Virus record (IMG/VR): IMGVR_UViG_3300010401_000032
Span: 90,145 to 154,144 of that record
Source of the DNA: a virus
Lineage: Duplodnaviria; Heunggongvirae; Uroviricota; Caudoviricetes
DNA: 64,000 nt
Direction: 5' to 3' (one strand)
The position numbers were made by a program, and so were the translations under genes. Shown one piece after another: positions 36,001 to 45,033 of this stretch (within the stretch, counting starts at the first letter, position 1; the number at the start of each line of letters is the position of its first letter). The notes under the pieces are model-generated. The model had not been told where the DNA came from. It worked only from the letters and a program-made list of their open reading frames with translations, and made no database searches.

Positions 36001-36382
36001 CCGTGTGTATCTTAACCTTACGCAATAATCTTCGATCGTCTTCAACGGTTACGTTAACAATCGTGCCGCCAGCACTGGTAGTATAGTCTGCGTGAGTTAC
36101 CTTGCCACGTAAGAAGAAGTCGCCAACGAATAATTCTAAGCTATGTCCAATATCAGGAAGTTGACCAGACGCACCATGGAAAGTTCCCGGCATGCCGTCA
36201 TCGCATGGAATCCATTCCATTTGGAATGAGTGCGGAGTAAGATTAAAGCCAAAGGTTGCATTGATAGAAGATAAGAATGCACACAACTGAGAGCCGGGCT
36301 CATTATCATTGAATTGACCAGACGGCCAAGGAATACCATTTAACGGTACGCCTACACCACTAACAATAATTGTATTAGTCAT
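33008..36382 (-). CDS. Putative tail hub / central tail protein, 1124 aa
   Basis: Downstream of the tape measure; GKVTH...TIVNVTVED.R and GYDWYW patterns resemble baseplate-hub-type N-termini (inference). Confidence 0.6.
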   Translation of the reverse strand: MTNTIIVSGVGVPLNGIPWPSGQFNDNEPGSQLCAFLSSINATFGFNLTPHSFQMEWIPCDDGMPGTFHGASGQLPDIGHSLELFVGDFFLRGKVTHADYTTSAGGTIVNVTVEDDRRLLRKVKIHTEDLSEDAPSGVISIARAFRIVNGLTDINGTIDSNIQEYKRILQFGGTYSQILTAIDLHFNENKCAFPIADLPTVAQIEKNIDGTSEALRFQFNLNTFDEVITRVLFDTGYDWYWNMDAQKINLVNKKAVFDISETDILDLVSEFGSASGLNETTQLGFGQDVVPDPTRFRVIGGHQEGFINSNILSPIDGIDTFGLDGIVDLNTQASGIQLIFYPAWSKLTIGFYDAGGFYRTYKPTEKELQLALAGIEQWTYFKIYQSADPSGTPTGYGLPPDEGSIAAQDPSFQSRLDPLMPLSALGGGNEASGIRVINNRRDEDQNWTIAYYNRVRDHSSRHYGRSYVAEGLLFNQASGLFRLVDAAWANIENQVEGYKLSSSGVVVNGGSGVYVDDYEINKLLGPVSPFVTDDFRVRAYCKLPAFTIYGPQGDDSPASFGNWTEDAPPFNPNGSGEHYIPVDLSLVGNRVINPRSDELYSFEDYPEGTVLCQLPVNAGPSGGLVEDNVISQLATLINIQNKLAGSGLLDIINPSIILNVYDSLSGVAIPIESRSRYGQAYPSQWVLGDLHYERDEDVQLDDQFVPWAFSPEGNQTSLQVMSDRAIRRVEGKIVPRSSSRYADFQQVGLPVLSFDAFAEQNIGPSGLYGEISHGVNELNISFGIDGFLTRYKIQSYFPKFGRDAPLGERVRAHLNGILNPIDFTDLSLLDPNPGPPADPLLPGDPFFPPLFFDRDEKAVRVTVNEVNNIFTLGSAPGSEEPERYRGIDQHGYTKPPHAFDSSNPDFVDGAICIDGFLNISDEAMYHTDDFELPDGNIILRYFTQGRPFGNGTIVFVNQVNGFDSSKYDVTIVDPTTLATLGVNRAILGVSVLNGTVNVGDKTVLAVQGDAPVSPGASNDRIFITSTVQQAGAGVTPVEIISVVEQGLPTAVALCKELGIGADGRFSIASGQLYPNVIPVPFREFAVSGDRGFLTTVNTVPSGGFGQTSTVSFVEIVKGALFRFA

Positions 36383-36385
36383 GTT

Positions 36386-39300
36386 TTACGCACCTCCATT
36401 TTGTAGATAATCATTACCAGCTTCCAAGCTATCTGTCCATGTGACGCCACGGGAATCTCTTATAATCCAAATTGGTCTATATGTTCCAGGTCTTGTGTAA
36501 ACGTGGGTCGGATTTGACGATGTGGTTGTCTGACCATCATCAAAGTTGAGTAGTCTAGCCGAGATGCTCACGCCATCGGGTATTGTATTCACCACTGTAG
36601 TAAAGTCTACTGTTAGTGCAGCAGCACCGACACGAGGAACTCCAGAAAGACTAATTATAACTGGATCTATTCCCGACGCAACATTAACAATCCGTGTTGC
36701 GGATCCGTGCATACCATCCGAATCTATAGCTTCAAATCTTACAATATAGAAACCACTAGATGCAAAGTTGTGTTGTATTGGATATAGACTAATGCCACTT
36801 TCAACGCCAGCAACATTAGGAGTGAAGTCACCGAAATTCCATCTTGTTTGTACAATGGTTTTATCTTGTTGCCCAGAAGCAAAACCGACGAAATATTGAT
36901 TGAATGGCGGCACTAATCCACTCACTGTTGCATTAGGAGTTATGATATCAACGAATGGCGGAAGTTCGTTTTGGAAAATTATAATCTTCGCGTCAAAGTC
37001 AGAGGATGTTGTTTGTGCAATTTCAAGCTGTGCGTCGAAATCTTTTGCAGCCATTACCTCTAGCGTATAGCTAGTATCAAATTCAATTCTACCTTGTAAT
37101 GCTCCAATGATAAACCCACCAAGTAGACCGCTACCAATATCTATGGTTAGATTAGCACCAAGAATTAGACCACCGAATAGACCAGAGCCTATCGCTTGAC
37201 CACGAATATAACCAGCAATCATGCCTGAGCATGCCGTAGATCCAACAACGTATCCGCCTAATAATCCTGATGCGACATCCAGACCGCGAATAAATCCACC
37301 GATAGTACCGTCTGCGAAAACCTGTCCAGAAATGTATCCGCCGAACAATCCACTGCACGCCGTACTACCAGTTATAATACCACCGATTATACCAGAGCTT
37401 GTATCAAGACCTTGGGCATAACCACCGATTAAACCAGAACCGGTATCTTGTCCATAAATAAATCCGCCCATGACACCGCTAACGACACTCGCTTCTGCTG
37501 CATCAATTCCATTCAAAGCTACATAACGTACTTCATTATCAGTTAATGCTCTAGAGAAGTAGAAAACGTCAGTAAGAATAGATGCCTGATCGTTGAGTGT
37601 ATTGGTATTAAAATCCCATGGTGCCGAGTTTTGGTGATTTAGGAATGTAATAAGTTTGGCCGCCGAATTAGTAGGAACCCACGGCCCCAATCCAGAAGTA
37701 CTACCGGTGCGAGGGTCAATACCGACCTTAAGATTTTTTCTATCTACTTCTGTTCCATCTACATAACAAATTAATGCCGATGCTACGGGATCGAAAACCC
37801 AACAATAATGTGCCATACCGTCAATACGGGGTGGACGTGGCGTTCCCCATTTATAGACATCGAATCTAGTTTGATCCTCGTAAATACCATCGCCTTCGAA
37901 TGTTCCACATACTATCTGACCAGATTGAGATGTATCAGAGCTATTGTCATAATAGCCATTTCCAGCAGTTGAAAGAACCATCTTCATGTCATTGTTATCG
38001 TCATTAACAATGACCCATCCACGATCTAAATTAATAGTTGTATCGCTAACTGAGTTGCTTCCAAGTATACCATATGATAAAACTACGTCAGCCGTATTAG
38101 CTGTAGCAATATCATTTCTTTTAACTAGTAAAAATCCAACAGAAAATCCAACGTGAGGATTATTAAATGCTACGCCGGAAACAGCAAATGGCGGATAGAA
38201 TGGTGCATTAGTTAGTGTCGCGTCGACGAACGAAATACCACTACATTGTATCAGAAGATCAGAATTAGCTAGTGGCCCCGGAAGAATTTTTAATTGTCTT
38301 AATGCGGTCGCGGTCTGTTGTCCCTGTCCAACGAGAATTCGACCTTGAATAATACCACTAAGATTATGTCCTTTTAACGAAAGGTCACGAATACCGGAGA
38401 AACCATTGGTCATTCCATTAAATCTCCAATAACCTTCTAAATTAGAATCGGAGATTGTCACCTGCGTAGTAGGCATAGAATCGGTATAGCCTTGAATTGT
38501 CGGCTGCAATATACCACTAATTGCTAATGCCTCTACTTCATGTTCTTCAAATATACCACGCATGACGAACATATTACGCATATATATTTCGCCAAGGCCA
38601 CCGTCTCGGGCAATCTGTGTAGCATACGTATTACTTCCAATTTCTCCACCGAAGTTTAATGTCCAGCTTTCTGTCGTAGAGTTGGGAGGTTGAGCACTCC
38701 ACATTTTAGCTGTAGAAGCCGGCACACGTACTGTTTGTACTAGAATTCCATTAATCCATAATTCAATAGCAACTACGGCCTGACCAGTAGTTTCATTAGA
38801 AACATTATATGGAGAATCAAACTTTGAGTGGAAGAGTATCTTAGATGGTACGCCGAATGGAATTCTGCCAGAAACCAATGGCTTAAAGGCAGTGCCAGCG
38901 AAAACATCTTCACGACCCTGAAATACTATTGTCACGCCCGAGCCGGCAGAAGCATCGATTGTTGTTAAGAATGATCGTAGTTCGCCAACGTTCGTCGGTG
39001 ATGCATTACCACCAATACCACCATAAACATGAAGTGTTGAATTAAAATCAAACTTTTCTGAATCGCTTGTAGATCCAAGTAAAGTAATGGGTATTCTTCC
39101 GCTTGGAGTAACTTCATATCCAATAATATACTCACCAAGTATATTTTGAGAAGCAAGGTCGTTTTCCTCATTAACTGGCTTATATCTTTCAACTAAATTA
39201 CCTATTGATGATCTAGCCCCCCCGGCATCCGAAACAACGTTAGTACCAAGAGATCCTCCGCGAACTGTAAATACTCCAGACGTAATACCTAGATTGCCAA

Positions 39301-41311
39301 AGCTAGATAATTCTGGCGGTAACGTTCTACCCCTGAATAGATCGTGTGAATTGGGTGCATTATATGTCAGTCCCCATTGAGTACTTGTATTTCCTCTTGA
39401 AAGTGTTCCGGGGAATATGCTCCATATTCGGGCCTTATCTTCTATCAGTACGTCATCCACTGTAAATGTATCGCATGGCCAATAACCCATTAATCTAGTG
39501 TCATATATCGTTCTGTAAATAGAACTGATGTCAATACCATTTTGGGCTATGAATCTAACCTCGCTAGGCAATAGAGGTCGATTGAAAACTGATATGGGAC
39601 CGAACCATGTCTTATTACCACCGGCAGCAAAAAGACCACGAGCGGCAGAATCAACTATAGTATCTTGAACACCGTTACCAAACATTAATGGATATCCACT
39701 ACCAACCAGCTTAATTAGTTGGGTCGTAAGAGAAGCAACGAGCGTACCGCTACCTTGTTGAATGCCATTAAGATAAACCGCAAGACCCTTTGTTTGATCG
39801 TCGTAAACAACGGAATAACATGCGGTGCTTGTACTATTATAACCGCTGGTGCTGGTATCTATTTCAAATAAATTAGCAGAAATATCTCCAACTGGATACG
39901 CAGAGAATCTCATTCTGTTTGGCGTACCAAACTCAGTCAGTGCTATACCGAATGTTGCAGCAGAAATTGCCGTTGGTGCGGTATTGGCCGTGTTGGATGA
40001 TACAGATCCCCACGACATAATCATGTTGTCATCGCGGCCGTTCCCGGCGGCAGCGGGACCTGCAAAGATATTAATACTCCAACTACGTGAAGATAATATA
40101 GTATCAATCATGCCGCTAGTAGCGATCATCGCAGTACTAGCAGTCGCGGCATTTTGCATTAATCCACCGCCTTTAAAAGGTCCAGGATTAACTACTGCAC
40201 TATCGGCATCGCCTTCATCGATCAAACTTATTAGCGGGAAGTGATTCTTGCTGGCGTCTGGATATCCAACTGATCTAAATGGATAATATCCAACTAAATT
40301 AGCGTCGGTTAACAATACTTCTTTTGTTGGAAGCGTTATGCTTGGTTGTGGTTGTAGACCACCAGTATTATGGAGCGTGAGCATCTCTCCTTCTGGCAAT
40401 ACTCTTCTGAATAAATAAACGCCAGAAAGTAAATGATTCCAACCGGCAGTACCAGTATAGTTATTTGTGCCCGCTGCCGCATCGTCAGAATTACCAATAC
40501 CAAATGCACGGCTTAAAATACTTGTGTTACTTAGGTCTAGTTCTACGCTAGTTGTACCACTAGCCGCTACTCGTCCGTCTTTGTATAAAACAACTTGGTT
40601 ACTAGTACCGTCTATAAACCTGTAAGTAAAAGCTATATGGGTAAATCTACCAGATTCAATAGGAATTCTTAACGACAGGGGTGATGTAGCGTTTGCACTT
40701 TCTAAAGCAATATATGCAGCTAATTGATTAGGACCACCAAATTGAGTACTACTATTCTGTGCCGCACCGGTTAGTTTACCAGAAATACCAAGGTGATACC
40801 CGCCGTTTGCATTATTATATAAGAATTGACCAATAAGAGAGTGGCAACGTGCAGATTCAGTTTCCCAATTATACGTGCCGAGGTTAGCGTCGGTGGCAAA
40901 ATTAATGTAGCCGTCGCTATTGGGATATACCCATACGCCAACAGTAATACCGCTGTTAACAACATTCTGCGACAGTGTTTGCTCGCGTGATTGCGTACTG
41001 CCATTTCCAAGAATTAGATATCGACTATAGGGAGAAGAATCTGTTCCAAGCTTCCAATAGCCTTGAGCCATATATCCAGTATTCAAAGTACCAGAAGAGG
41101 CATTAAATATGGAAGTGGTGCCGGGCCAAACTGATTTTGATCGAGCGTGATCTATGGCGGTGGCCGTAGTGGAAACCGCTACATGTAAATCGAACGACAG
41201 ACCGCTAGGATGACCCGCTCTAGTAGTAGAGTGGTTAAGAAAGAATGGGGCACCACTAGGTTCATTAAGCGGCCAGAATCCAATTAATGAGCCATCGTTA
41301 ATGTCAGCCAT
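36386..41311 (-). CDS. Large tail adhesin-like protein: 4 LamG/concanavalin-like modules, Gly-rich repeat, PKD-like domains
   Basis: Four L.G(F/Y)(W/Y).(L/F/C) starts, with H..F.Y....LY.DG and F.R.L...E(V/M) LamG motifs; C-terminal WNFGD and FDDGQTTTSSNPTHVY..PG.Y PKD motifs. Confidence 0.8.
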   Translation of the reverse strand: MADINDGSLIGFWPLNEPSGAPFFLNHSTTRAGHPSGLSFDLHVAVSTTATAIDHARSKSVWPGTTSIFNASSGTLNTGYMAQGYWKLGTDSSPYSRYLILGNGSTQSREQTLSQNVVNSGITVGVWVYPNSDGYINFATDANLGTYNWETESARCHSLIGQFLYNNANGGYHLGISGKLTGAAQNSSTQFGGPNQLAAYIALESANATSPLSLRIPIESGRFTHIAFTYRFIDGTSNQVVLYKDGRVAASGTTSVELDLSNTSILSRAFGIGNSDDAAAGTNNYTGTAGWNHLLSGVYLFRRVLPEGEMLTLHNTGGLQPQPSITLPTKEVLLTDANLVGYYPFRSVGYPDASKNHFPLISLIDEGDADSAVVNPGPFKGGGLMQNAATASTAMIATSGMIDTILSSRSWSINIFAGPAAAGNGRDDNMIMSWGSVSSNTANTAPTAISAATFGIALTEFGTPNRMRFSAYPVGDISANLFEIDTSTSGYNSTSTACYSVVYDDQTKGLAVYLNGIQQGSGTLVASLTTQLIKLVGSGYPLMFGNGVQDTIVDSAARGLFAAGGNKTWFGPISVFNRPLLPSEVRFIAQNGIDISSIYRTIYDTRLMGYWPCDTFTVDDVLIEDKARIWSIFPGTLSRGNTSTQWGLTYNAPNSHDLFRGRTLPPELSSFGNLGITSGVFTVRGGSLGTNVVSDAGGARSSIGNLVERYKPVNEENDLASQNILGEYIIGYEVTPSGRIPITLLGSTSDSEKFDFNSTLHVYGGIGGNASPTNVGELRSFLTTIDASAGSGVTIVFQGREDVFAGTAFKPLVSGRIPFGVPSKILFHSKFDSPYNVSNETTGQAVVAIELWINGILVQTVRVPASTAKMWSAQPPNSTTESWTLNFGGEIGSNTYATQIARDGGLGEIYMRNMFVMRGIFEEHEVEALAISGILQPTIQGYTDSMPTTQVTISDSNLEGYWRFNGMTNGFSGIRDLSLKGHNLSGIIQGRILVGQGQQTATALRQLKILPGPLANSDLLIQCSGISFVDATLTNAPFYPPFAVSGVAFNNPHVGFSVGFLLVKRNDIATANTADVVLSYGILGSNSVSDTTINLDRGWVIVNDDNNDMKMVLSTAGNGYYDNSSDTSQSGQIVCGTFEGDGIYEDQTRFDVYKWGTPRPPRIDGMAHYCWVFDPVASALICYVDGTEVDRKNLKVGIDPRTGSTSGLGPWVPTNSAAKLITFLNHQNSAPWDFNTNTLNDQASILTDVFYFSRALTDNEVRYVALNGIDAAEASVVSGVMGGFIYGQDTGSGLIGGYAQGLDTSSGIIGGIITGSTACSGLFGGYISGQVFADGTIGGFIRGLDVASGLLGGYVVGSTACSGMIAGYIRGQAIGSGLFGGLILGANLTIDIGSGLLGGFIIGALQGRIEFDTSYTLEVMAAKDFDAQLEIAQTTSSDFDAKIIIFQNELPPFVDIITPNATVSGLVPPFNQYFVGFASGQQDKTIVQTRWNFGDFTPNVAGVESGISLYPIQHNFASSGFYIVRFEAIDSDGMHGSATRIVNVASGIDPVIISLSGVPRVGAAALTVDFTTVVNTIPDGVSISARLLNFDDGQTTTSSNPTHVYTRPGTYRPIWIIRDSRGVTWTDSLEAGNDYLQNGGA
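37101..37490 (-). repeat. Protein-level tandem repeat, 9 x ~14 aa (xxSG[LIVM][LIFM]GG[FY]I.G..)
   Basis: VVSGVMGGFIYGQD/TGSGLIGGYAQGLD/TSSGIIGGIITGST/ACSGLFGGYISGQV/FADGTIGGFIRGLD/VASGLLGGYVVGST/ACSGMIAGYIRGQA/IGSGLFGGLILGAN/..IGSGLLGGFIIGA. Confidence 0.9.
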
Positions 41312-41775
41312 TATAAGGACTCCATAATGATATGATCTCCCGTAAATGGAGATACTCTGTAGCGTTTAATGACGTTGTTGCCACCATCAAGAACATCTAA
41401 ATTAATAAATAGATGATTGGCGTCAATGATCGGCTTCTTGCTTATGAGCCATCCAGGTCTTTGGCCTTCCATATTTAATGGATAATATTCTGTAACAAAG
41501 CAATGGAGATCTGCTTCAGTCCACGCTTCAGAAGACAAAAGCCCCATGTCTTCAAAGTACTTATCTTCTGTACGAAAAGCTCTAAATAGAGAGTTCTCTT
41601 GAGCGAGAGAAAGTATAACGCCTTCGTACGTTGCAACGTCGCTTACGGCAGTGCCGCCAAGACGAAAAATTTCATCGCTGCTCTTCGTGCAGGCGATTTC
41701 TACAGATCGGTCAAAATGCGTGTTAACCGATAAAAGGCCGTTGTTGCCTTCATATTCAAATCTTGCTTTTACCAT
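41311..41775 (-). CDS. Hypothetical protein
   Basis: 154 aa, strong SD (AGGAG), coupled to the LamG gene. Confidence 0.7.
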   Translation of the reverse strand: MVKARFEYEGNNGLLSVNTHFDRSVEIACTKSSDEIFRLGGTAVSDVATYEGVILSLAQENSLFRAFRTEDKYFEDMGLLSSEAWTEADLHCFVTEYYPLNMEGQRPGWLISKKPIIDANHLFINLDVLDGGNNVIKRYRVSPFTGDHIIMESL

Positions 41776-41813
41776 CCTTACTCCTAAGACTAAGCCGAGC
41801 TATGTCTTGAATG

Positions 41814-41825
41814 AAAATACACTAA
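41814..41825 (-). promoter_or_regulatory. Candidate late-promoter motif TTAGTGTATTTT
   Basis: One mismatch to consensus; overlaps the 3' arm of the 41821-41854 hairpin; about 40 nt before ATG 41775. Confidence 0.45.
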
Positions 41826-41854
41826 GGCGGCACTTTTAACGGTGCCGCCTTAGT
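41821..41854 (-). terminator. 13-bp perfect hairpin after the 61-aa gene (terminator or processing site)
   Basis: ACTAAGGCGGCAC-8 nt-GTGCCGCCTTAGT, followed on the minus strand by GTATTTT. Confidence 0.7.
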
Positions 41855-41875
41855 TTAACAATAACACACTAAATA

Positions 41876-42061
41876 TCAGAGCATATTAGTGAATGGATCG
41901 CCAGCGGCGACGCCAACACCAAGGTTATTAACCGCAGTGATTAGGCCACCACGAACAGTCGTAGAAGTCTTACGATCTGAGTGGTATTCTAACTTCGTGC
42001 TTAAGCTCCAAAGTACTGCATTTGCGTTGTTAGTGCTAGATGCTGCATTGAATGTTGCCAT
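41876..42061 (-). CDS. Small probable virion protein, 61 aa
   Basis: AGGAG SD; flanked by a motif copy upstream and a hairpin downstream; A/S/T/N/G-rich. Confidence 0.75.
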   Translation of the reverse strand: MATFNAASSTNNANAVLWSLSTKLEYHSDRKTSTTVRGGLITAVNNLGVGVAAGDPFTNML

Positions 42062-42119
42062 AAGTTTATCTCCTGTACAGGTTACACGTGTGAAATAGAC
42101 TATAAGAGTCTACCATTAA

Positions 42120-42131
42120 ATAATACACTAA
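42120..42131 (-). promoter_or_regulatory. Candidate late-promoter motif TTAGTGTATTAT (exact)
   Basis: Exact 12-mer overlapping the TAG stop of 42128-42778, about 60 nt upstream of ATG 42061. Confidence 0.55.
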
Positions 42132-42778
42132 CCGCCAAATTCGTGGAATACGTCATTTAGCCAATAATTAAAGACTAATGCTAGTCTTAGAAGCCCAGAA
42201 CCACACACGCCGAAAGAACCGAGCGGAGTGCCGAGCGGGACAACAATGTTTAAATAAACGAATTCTGACGAATTCAAATCGTCTTGTGCTACTATACCAG
42301 CCGTACCATCTTGTCTAAAAACATTCTGTTTGCTTGGAACGGTCCTCGGAATACGGGCAACCGAGCCGGAAGGCAGACTTAAATTATATCTCCAAATATT
42401 ACCGCTTGGAGCATACTGCATAAATGCCCTATCTAGTCCCTGATCTTGGCTAGCTTGAAAAGCACTATCGTCCGTTAGGAACAACCTTAGATCCGAGATA
42501 GCTGTACCGCTCGCGGCAAGATTAAATGTTATGGCAGTTGGCTTAGAAGCTAGATGAGATGGCACCGGTAATGTAGTTAAATCGAATTTTGTATTTTCAA
42601 ATAGTAATGTTCCAGAAGTAGTTCCAGGTCTGAGTGGATTTGCCATCATACAACCAGAAGCGACCATCTGCTTGAATGCAAATGATCCGCCCGCTATATG
42701 ACGAGTTCCGATAGGACTTGCTGGCTCGCCAGTATCCCACTCAAAAATTCTAATTACTGGAAAATCTCCACCGGCCAT
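42128..42778 (-). CDS. Putative virion structural protein
   Basis: Tail module; resembles 42965-43522 (I.D/N.R.FL, S...Y.YL...V..G.P.G..G..G.G...(Y/L)...Y/F pattern). Confidence 0.7.
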   Translation of the reverse strand: MAGGDFPVIRIFEWDTGEPASPIGTRHIAGGSFAFKQMVASGCMMANPLRPGTTSGTLLFENTKFDLTTLPVPSHLASKPTAITFNLAASGTAISDLRLFLTDDSAFQASQDQGLDRAFMQYAPSGNIWRYNLSLPSGSVARIPRTVPSKQNVFRQDGTAGIVAQDDLNSSEFVYLNIVVPLGTPLGSFGVCGSGLLRLALVFNYWLNDVFHEFGG

Positions 42779-42960
42779 TATTCTTCCTTACGGATATGTT
42801 TCTCTGTAAGTTCTTTTTGAAGCTGTGGTTCGACCGGCAAAAATCTACCGCCCGTGCGTCTAACGAATATAGCGGTATTACCAACCAAGACAAGTCTTAT
42901 GCCATACGGTAAAGAATTGAATTCCGGTTCACCAACCTTGCGTAATTTAATTTCATCCAT
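42778..42960 (-). CDS. Small hypothetical protein (start re-called at MDEIKL)
   Basis: The track GTG start overlaps the upstream gene; ATG at 42960 lies 5 nt after its stop. Confidence 0.6.
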   Translation of the reverse strand: MDEIKLRKVGEPEFNSLPYGIRLVLVGNTAIFVRRTGGRFLPVEPQLQKELTEKHIRKEE

Positions 42961-42964
42961 TGTA

Positions 42965-43522
42965 TTAACTAAAATCGTAGAGTAGACGATAGCGGAACGT
43001 ACCTGCTCCTGCACCACCATATGTACCGAATGGAACGTTTACTCCAGCTTCAACAGCCAAATAAACATACTGGCTAACGTCATTATCTCGCACGCCGCTC
43101 ATCCACGGTTGTCCCAATGGCCATTCGCTTTGAATAGTACCAGAGAAGTTCGGTTTGTTTGGTATAACAACTGGCGTATTGAGGGCGGCAGAATCAAGCG
43201 TCAGATTTGGTACAAAGTGGAATTGTTTTTGTTCCAAGAATCGATATGATCCCGCTCCCCATGCAGAAGTATTCACCAAGAAGAAACGCATATTGAATAC
43301 GCCGGAAGCGTCCGCTATATTACTAATACGGGCATAGCATAACAGCGTAGGAGAAGTAGCCCCCGATCCGGTCGTGTTTAGTTGGCCAAAGTCTAGAACA
43401 CCACCCGCACCGGTATCTACCGTCCGTATAAAGCCAGCTACCGTAGAATGTAGGTGTCTAGATCCGGAAGGATTAATGGCTGGATTCTGTTGTATCCATT
43501 CTATGCTAGGGAATTGAACCAT
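42965..43522 (-). CDS. Putative virion structural protein (paralogue-like to 42128-42778)
   Basis: SQYVYLAVEAGVNVPFGTYGGAGAG versus SEFVYLNIVVPLGTPLGSFGVCGSG. Confidence 0.7.
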   Translation of the reverse strand: MVQFPSIEWIQQNPAINPSGSRHLHSTVAGFIRTVDTGAGGVLDFGQLNTTGSGATSPTLLCYARISNIADASGVFNMRFFLVNTSAWGAGSYRFLEQKQFHFVPNLTLDSAALNTPVVIPNKPNFSGTIQSEWPLGQPWMSGVRDNDVSQYVYLAVEAGVNVPFGTYGGAGAGTFRYRLLYDFS

Positions 43523-45027
43523 TATGCCATCCTCAATGCGATATCTGAATTGATATCTGGTGCTGTAGATATATCAATCGTGAATATTAGTTCTAATGTG
43601 GCCTGACATGTTAGTTCAATCTCGCTGAATTGAGAACTTAGTTGACCAATTCTAACAGTAACGTAATTGGCTGGATTACCGTGAATAGCTTTTAGTCTAT
43701 TTAGTTCGTCTTGAACGAACTGGATAGCACGGTTAGTATCGTTTTGTTGACTACCAGTATTCTTAGCTTGTGCTTGGCATTGAATAGATATTGTGCCCTC
43801 TGTCGTAGTAGCTATGTCCTGTATGATATTACCTAATCCCCTGAAAGGAATAGGATGACTAACGAATAATCGTATGCCTTCTGTAATAGAGATATTAGAT
43901 GAGGTTGATACAATACCACTAGGCAGTTTGGCGTTCGGATTATCTGTGAATGTAATAGAGAAATCTACAGTGCCACGACAAGCATTTTGCGTTACTGTAA
44001 ACGCCGTTGGATTATATATCGCTAATCCGCTGCCGTTAGATCCCTCTTTGTATTTTTCATATACACCAGATGCATCCCACTTAAGTTGAGGCTTGATATG
44101 TCCTAAGAATCCAGAACATGCACGTTCGAAACCAAGTCCACCTATTCCATGAAGCGGCGTAATTGTTCTGCCGAGACCTTGGACCGTGCCAGCTAATGTT
44201 ACTGTAGCAATACCGTTTTGATCTTCTTCGAAAGATTCTGTTCTCTGAGAGAAGTAGAATGGAACGCCGCTGACTATAGTGAATACTTCTGTGACAGAAT
44301 AAGTGCCATTAAATACGTCGGCTACCTCTTCTCTTTGTACAGATACTTCAAATATAGGTCCGCCGGATGGATTAGCCGGATGTATCAGGCTATATAAACC
44401 AGAGCCATTTGGTTCGACGAAACATGGAATTTCAATAGGTAGTTTATCTATGCCTATTCTCGCCCTAACTGCTCTAAAAGCCTGTAAGAACTTATCGGGT
44501 TCGCCCTCTGGTCCCTCGGCGTTGATTTGGTGAGTGATGTCTACCGTACATGACTCATTGTTTTCTTTAAAAGACCATTGGTCAGTTAAGCTAGAAGTTA
44601 TACCGCTTACTCCAGAAGCAACAACTAAATCTTCTAATTCAATCGTGTAGTCTATACGTTGAAACTGAGTATCAGCAGCTACGTCAACAGTAAGTACTTT
44701 CGGCGTCAAGCCGGAAGAGATAATAGAACCCTGCGGCAGAGTTACGTTACCCGGACCAGCTAAAATCAAAAAGTCTTTATTATCTTCCGAGAATGCAGTT
44801 CTAAGTTCCGTCTGCTTTTCGAACATGAGTTCGTAACTGCCAGAAGGAACGATAAGAACGGTGCCCGTTAATGTGAGGTGATTTCTATTCGACGTTCTTG
44901 TGCCGGCACTATCAAACTCCGATTCGACCGACCAGTTAATTAACGGGGCGGGTACGAGCTTACAATTATTGTAGTAAACTTCTACCGGTGACTGCGGCGG
45001 ATGGGGAATTTCTGATTCAACGTTCAT
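43522..45027 (-). CDS. Putative distal tail / tail-tip protein
   Basis: Immediately downstream of the tape measure (Dit-like position); repeated 'LTGT/INAEG/LAGTVQG/IQCQA' beta-strand units. Confidence 0.6.
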   Translation of the reverse strand: MNVESEIPHPPQSPVEVYYNNCKLVPAPLINWSVESEFDSAGTRTSNRNHLTLTGTVLIVPSGSYELMFEKQTELRTAFSEDNKDFLILAGPGNVTLPQGSIISSGLTPKVLTVDVAADTQFQRIDYTIELEDLVVASGVSGITSSLTDQWSFKENNESCTVDITHQINAEGPEGEPDKFLQAFRAVRARIGIDKLPIEIPCFVEPNGSGLYSLIHPANPSGGPIFEVSVQREEVADVFNGTYSVTEVFTIVSGVPFYFSQRTESFEEDQNGIATVTLAGTVQGLGRTITPLHGIGGLGFERACSGFLGHIKPQLKWDASGVYEKYKEGSNGSGLAIYNPTAFTVTQNACRGTVDFSITFTDNPNAKLPSGIVSTSSNISITEGIRLFVSHPIPFRGLGNIIQDIATTTEGTISIQCQAQAKNTGSQQNDTNRAIQFVQDELNRLKAIHGNPANYVTVRIGQLSSQFSEIELTCQATLELIFTIDISTAPDINSDIALRMA

Positions 45028-45033
45028 GATATC

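Noticed and set aside
42096-42112. 6-bp hairpin TAGACT-ataag-AGTCTA upstream of the 61-aa gene
   Set aside because: Weak AT-rich stem, expected by chance.
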